From Candidatus Omnitrophica bacterium UBA6215 (GTDB lineage: Bacteria; Omnitrophota; Gorgyraeia; Pluralincolimonadales; Pluralincolimonadaceae): 64,000 nucleotides of DNA. Positions 57,428-64,000 of this stretch are shown piece after piece. Made by a program: the position numbers and the translations under genes. The first letter of the stretch is position 1. Every line of letters starts with the position of its first letter. The stretch covers positions 87,174 to 151,173 of the forward strand of contig DISH01000004.1 of the NCBI GenBank assembly GCA_002421665.1, in the 5' to 3' direction. Below the pieces are notes generated by a model. The model searched no databases and was not told the DNA's origin. It worked only from the letters and a program-made list of their open reading frames with translations.

Positions 57428-58360
57428 TTGGGAGCGATCACAACTATGGACTTGTCGATAGTAATAGTCAATTATAAGACGAAGGATCTGACCTCCGGAT
57501 GTATAGATTCGGTCATACGAAACACGAAGGGCGTATCGTATGAGATCATCCTCGTGGACAACGCCTCGAATGACGGCAGCTGCGAGTATTTAAAGAGCAG
57601 GTATCCGGGGATAAGGATAATAGAGAACAGCGGGAACCTGGGCGTCGTTAAGGCCAATAACCAGGGTATCAAGGCGTCGAAGGGCAGGTATATACTTATG
57701 CTTAACAGTGATACCATCGTCCTGGGAGACTGTATGGCAAAATGCCTTGAGTTCGCGAAAAGCAGGAGCGATGCCGGTATAATCGGCTGCAAGGTGCTTG
57801 ATAAGGACGGGGCTTTGCAGTATTCGTGCTATCATAAGCCCAACCTGCTCACGGAGCTGGTTTGTTTTACGAAGGATATACTCAAGCCCAGCTGGGACCC
57901 GGTGAATTATTTTAAGTATATGCTCTATTGGAAGCATGACAGCGTAAGGGAGGTCGAATGCCTTTCCAGCTGTTTCTTCTGGATAGATAGGCAGATAATA
58001 AAGGAAGCCGAGTACTTCGACGAGAATATATTTATGTATTACGATGATACGGAATACTGCGTGAGGCTCAGGGAGCGGACCGGCTACAAGGTTTATTATT
58101 ACCCTTTCGCCGAAATAATCCATTTGAAGGGGTCGCGTTCAAGCGATCTGCGATACGACTCGATGACGCCGGTGAACCTGTTCCGTTCGGCCAGGTATTA
58201 TTTTGAGAAAAATTACGGCGTTTTTTACAGGGACCTGTTCGTGAAACTGTGTTCGTTTGCCTGGAGGGCAGAGAAGCTGGCGCTCAGCCCGTGCAGGTCA
58301 AACGAGAAGGTGGAAAAAAAATACAGGCTGCTGGACGAACTTATAGGGCGCTGCGCATGA
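57428..58360 (+). CDS. Family 2 glycosyltransferase
   Basis: LSIVIVNYKTKDLTSGCIDSV...IILVDNASNDGS. 310 aa. It is divergent from the exosortase gene. Confidence 0.8.
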   Translation: MGAITTMDLSIVIVNYKTKDLTSGCIDSVIRNTKGVSYEIILVDNASNDGSCEYLKSRYPGIRIIENSGNLGVVKANNQGIKASKGRYILMLNSDTIVLGDCMAKCLEFAKSRSDAGIIGCKVLDKDGALQYSCYHKPNLLTELVCFTKDILKPSWDPVNYFKYMLYWKHDSVREVECLSSCFFWIDRQIIKEAEYFDENIFMYYDDTEYCVRLRERTGYKVYYYPFAEIIHLKGSRSSDLRYDSMTPVNLFRSARYYFEKNYGVFYRDLFVKLCSFAWRAEKLALSPCRSNEKVEKKYRLLDELIGRCA

Positions 58361-58704
58361 GGATACTTATTCTTGCTCTTGTCTTTGCGGTGCTGGCGGT
58401 TCCCGCGGCATTCGCTCATCCGCCGTCGCTGGTCGATATTTCTTTGACGGATACCGGCAAGGTGCAGGTCATGGTCACCCATGCGGTGGGCAATCCCAAG
58501 GAGCACTACATCGAGAAGATAGAGCTGTTTATCAACGGCGTGAAGTTAGAGGAGAGGGAATACGCGTCCCAGTTGGGCAACCAGCAGATAGATGTTTTTA
58601 AGGTCCCCGGCCTGGCGGCCGGAGATAAGATTTCAGCGCGCGCGTATTGCAATAAAGGCGGCGAGCGCAGCGGAGAGATGATAATAGAGCAGCCGGAGGA
58701 ATGA
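58357..58704 (+). CDS. Secreted desulfoferrodoxin/superoxide-reductase-fold protein (SOR centre-II-like, one His ligand missing)
   Basis: Signal peptide MRILILALVFAVLAVPAAFA. The mature region HPPSLV...VQVMVTHAVGNPKEHYIEKIELFI...YCNKGGE parallels SOR (KHVPVIE...HPNTTEHHIRYIELYF...CNIHG). The Cys and three His are conserved. The fourth His is Gly. Confidence 0.5.
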   Translation: MRILILALVFAVLAVPAAFAHPPSLVDISLTDTGKVQVMVTHAVGNPKEHYIEKIELFINGVKLEEREYASQLGNQQIDVFKVPGLAAGDKISARAYCNKGGERSGEMIIEQPEE

Positions 58705-58716
58705 ACGGAGGGGTAA

Positions 58717-58926
58717 ATGGTCAACCTTCAGAAAGCCATAATGATATCGGGGATAGCGGCGTTCATCTCCCTTATTGTGACTGGTTATCTCGGGGCCAAA
58801 GGGACAAATATCGAAGCGCATGAAAAGGCGGCTATGGCGACGTTCGCTTTGGCGCTTGTCCACGTAGGGTTTGTCGTCTATAAACAGGCAAAAGTCCGCA
58901 GGGCCAAAAGGCAGGCGGGAAGATGA
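58717..58926 (+). CDS. Small two-helix membrane protein
   Basis: A 69-aa protein with two hydrophobic segments and a basic C-terminus (KVRRAKRQAGR). It lies between the SOR-like and EF-hand genes. Confidence 0.4.
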   Translation: MVNLQKAIMISGIAAFISLIVTGYLGAKGTNIEAHEKAAMATFALALVHVGFVVYKQAKVRRAKRQAGR

Positions 58927-59204
58927 AGAACTCTTTACTGGTAACTTGTGCCGTTGCCGCGGCAATGTTGGCGGCTCCTGCTGCGATGGCCTTGAGCCTC
59001 TCGGGCGTCCTTAATGCCAATAAGGTCCCTAAGCTTGAGAAGATGAGCAGTCAGGAAGAGCGCGAATACATCGAAAAGAACAACCTCGGCAATAACTATA
59101 CCGTAAAAGTGACCACTAAAAATCAGGACCGGTTCGACAGGGATGGGGACGGCTATTTGAGCGGCGATGAGCTCAATGATTATTTGAGGAAATACGAAAG
59201 ATAA
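58923..59204 (+). CDS. Secreted EF-hand calcium-binding protein
   Basis: Signal peptide MKNSLLVTCAVAAAMLAAPAAMA. Canonical EF-hand loop DRDGDGYLSGDEL. Confidence 0.55.
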   Translation: MKNSLLVTCAVAAAMLAAPAAMALSLSGVLNANKVPKLEKMSSQEEREYIEKNNLGNNYTVKVTTKNQDRFDRDGDGYLSGDELNDYLRKYER

Positions 59205-59219
59205 CCACCGGAGGGGAAA

Positions 59220-60290
59220 ATGGTCGATTTCGGGGCGGTAATTGGCGATTCGGTGAACTGGACCAGGAAGATGCTTTTCAGACCGTTCAACCTCAAGAAA
59301 TGGCTTATCCTGGCATTCGTCGCCATCATGGCGGGAGCCATGTCCAACGGCTGTAATCTCAATACCTCCGGCGGCAATGATAACCATTATGAGTCTTCGC
59401 AAAGTTGTTCCTCGCCTGCGGCCCCTTCTGACTGCGGCCAATTGGGTACGCCCGAAATGGCGGTTGTCTGGACGGTTCTGGGGATAGCGATACTTTTTGT
59501 TTTGCTGATAGTTGTGCTTTTCACATGGCTGGCCGCGCGGTTCTCGTTCGTCTTTATCGAGGATATAGTCAAGGATGACGCATCGGTCAAAAAGCCGTTT
59601 GCGGACAACGCAGAAATAGGCAACTCTTATTTTAAGTTTGCGCTGCTGTTCATGCTGACTTTCTTCGCGTGCGTGGTCGCCATGATAGCCCTGGGGATAT
59701 TTATATTTGCCAAGAGCGGGCTTATGGCTGCGTTCAGCTCGCCCGAACCGAGCGGTTCGGCCATCGGCGGATTCCTGCTGGTATTCATACCGTTCCTTGT
59801 CGTGTTTGTGATAGTAGCTGCCGGCGTAGGGATCTTCTCGACGATGGTAGTGGATCTCGCCCTGCCGATAATGTATAAGGACAAGGCAAGGGTTTTGGCG
59901 GGTATCGGGAAGGCCTGGGATATAGTGAAGGCCAACAAGGGCAACTTCGTGGTCTACCTGCTGATAAAACTTGGCTTGGGGATAGGCGCGGGAATCGCTT
60001 ACCTGATAGTTTTTATATTGGGCCTGTTGATAGCATTGGTGCCCATGATATTGCTGGTTGCTGTCCTGTATTTCATATCGTTGGCCCTGCCGGCGGGCGC
60101 GTCCCTGGCTTACTGGGTGGCCGCAGGGATAATATTGACGCCGGTGGTGTTCTTCCTGTTGTACTGCCTGCTGGCATTGAATGTGCCGTTCGCGGTATTC
60201 TTCAGGACAATGAGCATGAAGTTCCTTGAAAGGATGGACCCGACTTATGCCCTCATACCTTCAGAAAAACAAGTGGCGCCTCAACAGTAA
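59220..60290 (+). CDS. Polytopic membrane protein of unknown function
   Basis: A 356-aa protein with about 7 hydrophobic helices and no recognised catalytic motif. Confidence 0.5.
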   Translation: MVDFGAVIGDSVNWTRKMLFRPFNLKKWLILAFVAIMAGAMSNGCNLNTSGGNDNHYESSQSCSSPAAPSDCGQLGTPEMAVVWTVLGIAILFVLLIVVLFTWLAARFSFVFIEDIVKDDASVKKPFADNAEIGNSYFKFALLFMLTFFACVVAMIALGIFIFAKSGLMAAFSSPEPSGSAIGGFLLVFIPFLVVFVIVAAGVGIFSTMVVDLALPIMYKDKARVLAGIGKAWDIVKANKGNFVVYLLIKLGLGIGAGIAYLIVFILGLLIALVPMILLVAVLYFISLALPAGASLAYWVAAGIILTPVVFFLLYCLLALNVPFAVFFRTMSMKFLERMDPTYALIPSEKQVAPQQ

Positions 60291-61011
60291 CCACGACCTG
60301 GAATTTACGGTAACCCAATCAAAGGGCCTCGGAAGCGTCGAGGCCCTGAGTTTGAAAGGGGAGATAGCAGGGGCGTCTTCGGACCAGCTGGTTGCCGTTG
60401 TAACCTCCAAGAAGGTCGGGGGCGTGGAAGTGACCCGTATCGTCAAGCTTAACGGCAGGTGGCAGGCCGACGACAGGAACCGCCTGTGTTTTGCTGTTTC
60501 GAAGCAGGACGGCAAAAAGGACGTCCTTGTCTTCGACGGGAAATGGGAGATCGGCAAGGACAACGAGATAATTTACAGGTATAGACGGACCGATCTTGTC
60601 CGCAAGAGGAAAGAAGAACGCGCCATAATTTTAAGGGGCGCATGGCGCGTCGACGGGAAGAATAAGATATCTTACCTGCTCGATACGAGCGGGGAGTCGG
60701 GTTTTGTATTCAGGGCCCAGTTCGAGAGTTCAGGCGTGGTCAACGGCCTCGGGGCGCTGAAGTTCAAGGTGGGTATAGGGGTTTCGAGGTATAAAAGGCC
60801 GGTTGAGCAGGTGGTGAAGGTGCTTGGGACGGTCCGCTGGAACATGACCCGTAAATATGCCATTGAGTTCGAAGCCGTCGGGGCGAGGGGACGCAGGCCG
60901 GGAATGGGGGTTACCCTTAGCCGTAACCTGTTGGGGGGAGAGGCCTTCCTGAGGTTAAAGAGGCTTGCGGAGGAGAAGAAGGCAGAAGTCGGGCTTAAGT
61001 TTAAGTGGTAA
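60247..61011 (+). CDS. Hypothetical protein (basic, soluble)
   Basis: ORF with no recognisable motif. The internal start MPSYLQKNKW at 60247 reduces the overlap with the upstream gene. Confidence 0.4.
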   Translation: MPSYLQKNKWRLNSNHDLEFTVTQSKGLGSVEALSLKGEIAGASSDQLVAVVTSKKVGGVEVTRIVKLNGRWQADDRNRLCFAVSKQDGKKDVLVFDGKWEIGKDNEIIYRYRRTDLVRKRKEERAIILRGAWRVDGKNKISYLLDTSGESGFVFRAQFESSGVVNGLGALKFKVGIGVSRYKRPVEQVVKVLGTVRWNMTRKYAIEFEAVGARGRRPGMGVTLSRNLLGGEAFLRLKRLAEEKKAEVGLKFKW

Positions 61012-61034
61012 CCTGTCCCTAAGTGACACGTCCC
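61008..61034 (+). repeat. Dispersed repeat family copy (f): GTAACCTGTCCCTAAGTGACACGTCCC
   Basis: Same orientation and sequence as copy (e). It overlaps the stop codon of the upstream gene and lies just upstream of the tRNA promoter. Confidence 0.7.
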
Positions 61035-61043
61035 TAAAATATA

Positions 61044-61072
61044 TTGACCTGGCGGCAAGTTTGTGCTAAAAT
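61044..61072 (+). promoter_or_regulatory. sigma70-type promoter (TTGACC-17-TAAAAT) for the tRNA cluster
   Basis: TTGACC at 61044-61049, a 17-nt spacer and TAAAAT at 61067-61072. This is about 15 nt upstream of tRNA-Lys. Confidence 0.55.
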
Positions 61073-61087
61073 CTCATTTCTAAATAC

Positions 61088-61163
61088 GGGCCGCTAGCTC
61101 AATCGGTAGAGCAGCAGACTCTTAATCTGTTGGTTGAAGGTTCGAGTCCTTCGCGGCTCACCA
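61088..61163 (+). tRNA. tRNA-Lys (anticodon CTT)
   Basis: A 76-nt cloverleaf. Acceptor GGGCCGC/GCGGCTC, anticodon loop CTCTTAA, T-loop TTCGAGT, encoded CCA. Confidence 0.85.
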
Positions 61164-61183
61164 TAGCGCTGTTTTTTTGTTTC

Positions 61184-61268
61184 GCGCGGATGGCGGAACT
61201 GGCAGACGCGATAGCCTTAGGAGCTATTGGGGAAACCCGTGGAGGTTCAAGCCCTCTTCCGCGCACCA
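61184..61268 (+). tRNA. tRNA-Leu (anticodon TAG)
   Basis: An 85-nt class II tRNA. Acceptor GCGCGGA/TCCGCGC, anticodon loop CTTAGGA, 13-nt variable arm, T-loop TTCAAGC, encoded CCA. Confidence 0.85.
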
Positions 61269-61286
61269 GTTTTGGGAGTGACATAA

Positions 61287-61362
61287 GCGGGTGTAGCTCA
61301 GTTGGTAGAGCGCTACCTTGCCAAGGTAGTTGTCGACGGTTCGAACCCGTTCACCCGCTCCA
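61287..61362 (+). tRNA. tRNA-Gly (anticodon GCC)
   Basis: A 76-nt cloverleaf. Acceptor GCGGGTG/CACCCGC, anticodon loop TTGCCAA, T-loop TTCGAAC, encoded CCA. Confidence 0.85.
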
Positions 61363-61396
61363 TTATTCGCGAGAATTCTTTTAGGAGGAAGCCGTA

Positions 61397-61861
61397 ATGA
61401 AGATAATGGATTTTCTTAACCAGGATGCTGTGACCGCAGATCTTCAGGCAAAGACCAAGGAAGATGTGATAAAAGAGCTTGTTGACCTTTTATCCAAGTC
61501 GGGCGCCGTAAGGGAGAAAGACAAGCTTACCAAGATACTCATGAGCCGCGAAGCCCTGGGTTCGACGGGCATCGGTTCGGGTGTCGGCATACCCCACGGC
61601 AAATGCGACGGAGTTAAAGAGTTGACGGCGGCGTTCGCCATATCGCAGAGGGGAGTGAATTTCGATTCTCTCGACGGCGAACCGGTGCACATCTTCTTCC
61701 TTCTGGTAGCGCCTCAAGATTCGGCGGGTCCTCACCTCAAAGCTCTGGCGCGGATTTCGCGCCTGCTCAAGGACAGGGTTTTCCGTGAATCCCTCAAACA
61801 GTGTAAAGACGAAAAGAGCATTCTGCGGCTTATCGAAGACGAAGACACGAAACGCCACTAA
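61397..61861 (+). CDS. ptsN: PTS EIIA-Ntr-like nitrogen regulatory protein
   Basis: PTS EIIA type-2 domain with the phosphorylatable His in GSGVGIPHGK. 154 aa. Confidence 0.8.
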   Translation: MKIMDFLNQDAVTADLQAKTKEDVIKELVDLLSKSGAVREKDKLTKILMSREALGSTGIGSGVGIPHGKCDGVKELTAAFAISQRGVNFDSLDGEPVHIFFLLVAPQDSAGPHLKALARISRLLKDRVFRESLKQCKDEKSILRLIEDEDTKRH

Positions 61862-61925
61862 TTTTTTTCCCTTAGAAGTATCCGTAGTCTTTATTGAAAA
61901 TAAATCTTTGAAAAAAGGATAAACA

Positions 61926-63188
61926 ATGCGGTGGTTTAAGTGGTTATATCCGGGTATGAGGATAAAGAGGTGGATCTTCCTCTTTACGCTCGGTATCGTC
62001 GCCGTGATGTTCGCCGCCGGCTTTCTCTGGTTCGGCTACGCGAAATACCTGGATACGCATAAGGCGAATTTGCTGGTCTTTGGCACGCTGCTCTTTATGA
62101 CGGGCATAATAATGATGATCATCGGTATAAGGAAGATGGTCAAGTCTTTCGTCACGGTCTTCCTGCCGCGCCGCGAGAAGGACCTGGTGGATATAATGTT
62201 CAAGCAGCGCCAGCTCTCGAAGGGGCCGAAGATAGCGGTCGTCGGGGGCGGGACCGGGCTGTCGGTCCTGCTGCACGGGCTGAAGGAACTTACATCGAAC
62301 ATAACGGCTGTGGTGACCGTAGCCGATGACGGCGGCAGTTCCGGAAGGATCAGGGCGGATTTCGATGTCCTGCCTCCGGGCGATATCCGTAACTGCCTCG
62401 TGGCCCTTGCCGATGCGGAAGGCCTTATGGGCGAACTCTTCCAGTACCGTTTTACCGAAGGCGAAGGGCTCAAGGGGCACAGTTTCGGAAACCTTTTTAT
62501 CACGGCTCTTTCTAAGATCACCGGCGATTTCGACAAGGCGATAAAGGAATCGAGCAAGGTCCTGGCGATACGAGGAAGCGTGGTGCCTTCGACACTCGAT
62601 AAGGTGACGCTTGTTGCCAGGCGCGCGGACGGGACGCAGACATCGGGGGAGAGCAAGATACCCGCGGAGAATCCGGTCAGCCCGATAAAAAGCGTCTTTC
62701 TCACGCCGGACAACGCCAGGCCTACTCCGGAGGCGCTGCTTGCCTTGCGCGAGGCCGATGCCATAGTCTTCGGGCCGGGCAGCCTTTATACGAGCATACT
62801 CCCGAACCTGCTCATTGACGGCATCGTCGAAGAGGTGTTGAGGTCCAGGGCGGTAAAAGTATATATTTGCAACGTCATGACACAGCACGGTGAGACGGAC
62901 GGTTTCAATGCCTCCGACCACCTCGATGTCCTGCTCAAACATACGCACCACGCGCTCGTAGATTATGTGCTCGTAAATACCGCGAAGATACCCGAGCGCC
63001 TGCAGGAAAAATATAAGGCGGAATCGGCCTACCCGGTGGAAGCGGACGTAAAGAAGATACGCGAGCTCGGCGTAGGGGTAGTGGAGGGCGACATGACATC
63101 CGTCGACGGTTACGTCAGGCATAATGCGGACAAGATCTCGAAGAGGATAATGGACCTCATCTATGAGGTGAAGGGTATAGGGGTTTAA
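61926..63188 (+). CDS. YvcK/CofD-family (UPF0052, gluconeogenesis-factor-like) protein with an N-terminal two-TM extension
   Basis: The core starts at KIAVVGGGTGLSVLLHGLK (CofD/YvcK Rossmann motif). It is preceded by about 95 residues containing two hydrophobic helices. 420 aa. Confidence 0.75.
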   Translation: MRWFKWLYPGMRIKRWIFLFTLGIVAVMFAAGFLWFGYAKYLDTHKANLLVFGTLLFMTGIIMMIIGIRKMVKSFVTVFLPRREKDLVDIMFKQRQLSKGPKIAVVGGGTGLSVLLHGLKELTSNITAVVTVADDGGSSGRIRADFDVLPPGDIRNCLVALADAEGLMGELFQYRFTEGEGLKGHSFGNLFITALSKITGDFDKAIKESSKVLAIRGSVVPSTLDKVTLVARRADGTQTSGESKIPAENPVSPIKSVFLTPDNARPTPEALLALREADAIVFGPGSLYTSILPNLLIDGIVEEVLRSRAVKVYICNVMTQHGETDGFNASDHLDVLLKHTHHALVDYVLVNTAKIPERLQEKYKAESAYPVEADVKKIRELGVGVVEGDMTSVDGYVRHNADKISKRIMDLIYEVKGIGV

Positions 63189-64000
63189 TGGGGAGAAGCA
63201 CCATAGATCTTTTGATGGCGGTACACTCGCACCAGCCGGAAGGCAATTTTGAGTGGGTATTCGCCGAAGCATACGAAAAGTCGTACCTGCCTTTTTTGGA
63301 TCTGCTTTACAGGCACCCTAAGTTGAAGGCGTCGCTGCATTATTCGGGATGCCTTTTGGATTGGATAGCCGGTAAGCACCCGGAGTTCATCAAGATGCTC
63401 AGGGAGATGGTCGGCCGCGGACAGGTCGAGATGCTGGGCGGAGGTTATTACGAGCCGATACTTTCGCTCATCCCGGAGAGGGACATTCTCGGCCAGGTAA
63501 AACTGATGAACGAGAAGCTCAAGGCGTTCACCGGCAAACCCGCCGCAGGAATATGGCTGACGGAGAGGGTCTGGGAGCCGGCGCTTATAAAGCCGTTGGC
63601 CAGGGCAGGGGTGAAGTTTGCGATAGTCGATGACTGGCATTTTACGTACGTCGGCCGCAACCCCGATGAGCTTACGGGGTATTATGTGACCGAGGATGAC
63701 GGGGAGAAACTTTTTATCTTCCCGGGCTCGGAGAAACTGAGATATTTGATGCCCTTCAAGCTTCCCCATGAGACGGTCGATTACATGAGGGGGCAGAAGG
63801 ACGCGGGCGTGGCCTCAAAAGTTTTTGCCGATGACGGAGAGAAATTCGGCGTATGGCCGGGGACCCATAAATGGGTCTACGAGGAAAAGTGGCTCGAGAA
63901 TTTCCTCGGCGCGTTGGAGAACGATTCGTCCTGGCTAAGGACGACGACATTCTCCGAATATATAGATGTGAACGGGCCGAGCGGCAGGATATACCTGACA
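63188..64000 (+). CDS. Glycoside hydrolase family 57 enzyme (alpha-glucan branching/4-alpha-glucanotransferase-like); 3' end outside window
   Basis: GH57 N-terminal motifs HSHQP, GGGYYEP, WLTERVW and FGVWPG. The ORF is open to the window end. Confidence 0.75.
   Translation, partial: MGRSTIDLLMAVHSHQPEGNFEWVFAEAYEKSYLPFLDLLYRHPKLKASLHYSGCLLDWIAGKHPEFIKMLREMVGRGQVEMLGGGYYEPILSLIPERDILGQVKLMNEKLKAFTGKPAAGIWLTERVWEPALIKPLARAGVKFAIVDDWHFTYVGRNPDELTGYYVTEDDGEKLFIFPGSEKLRYLMPFKLPHETVDYMRGQKDAGVASKVFADDGEKFGVWPGTHKWVYEEKWLENFLGALENDSSWLRTTTFSEYIDVNGPSGRIYLT

Noticed and set aside
61944-63272. 442-aa minus-strand ORF
   Set aside because: It is antisense to the YvcK-like gene, which has a clear Rossmann motif and operon context.
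1-64000. CRISPR arrays or defence islands
   Set aside because: No regularly spaced direct repeats were seen. The only repeat family is the dispersed GGGAC palindrome with irregular spacing. No cas-like or restriction-like ORFs were seen.

Overview
The window is a 64-kb stretch of high-GC (about 58%) chromosome from a diderm anaerobe. Almost every gene is on the + strand. In order it contains the following.

- **Hydrogenase genes (1..8.8 kb):** the 3' end of an electron-bifurcating [FeFe]-hydrogenase operon (NuoF-like HydB/HndC, then HydA with all three H-cluster motifs), followed by the maturation cluster: TM1266-type regulator, aspartase/fumarase-like protein, HydF, HydG, HydE.
- **Membrane complex (9.5..16.7 kb):** a compact six-gene respiratory-complex-like operon (NuoL-like HyfB, NuoH-like HyfC, HyfE, NuoN-like HyfF, fused NuoCD-like large subunit, NuoB-like small subunit) plus a tiny Met/Gly-rich membrane protein. 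The large subunit has lost the C-terminal DPCxxC NiFe-ligand motif, so this looks like an Ehr-type (energy-converting hydrogenase-related) complex. It is flanked by a consensus sigma70 promoter and an intrinsic terminator.
- **Efflux unit (16.9..21.4 kb):** an AbrB-like regulator, then TolC, MacA and MacB, then an MFS transporter.
- **Glycan locus (22.7..58.4 kb):** a roughly 35-kb exopolysaccharide / surface-glycan super-locus of the PEP-CTERM/exosortase type. It carries two initiating phosphoglycosyltransferases, a Wza-like exporter, two Wzc-like co-polymerases, two Wzy-like polymerases, three Wzx flippases, many GT2/GT4/GT9/GT26 transferases, a methyltransferase, two serine-acetyltransferase-like acyltransferases, two secreted TIM-barrel glycosidases and an OafA-like acyltransferase. 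It ends with a tandem array of four PEP-CTERM proteins, then EpsI and an exosortase. A fifth PEP-CTERM gene lies at 8.8 kb. A low-GC (about 30%) cassette at about 41.9..50.3 kb, plus 51.8..53.2 kb, begins in the middle of the third wzx gene.
- **Right end (58.4..64 kb):** five small secreted or membrane proteins (an SOR-fold protein, a two-helix protein, an EF-hand protein, a polytopic protein and a hypothetical), a tRNA-Lys/Leu/Gly cluster with its own promoter, PtsN (EIIA-Ntr), a membrane-anchored YvcK/CofD-like protein and the start of a GH57 glucan enzyme.

A roughly 27-bp repeat family with core GGGACGTGTCACTTTGGGACA occurs six times at gene junctions. One copy forms a 59-bp perfect hairpin dimer, two copies supply an SD+GTG start codon for downstream genes, and one lies in-frame inside the exosortase gene. 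Coordinates of short motifs are hand-counted and may be off by a few bases.
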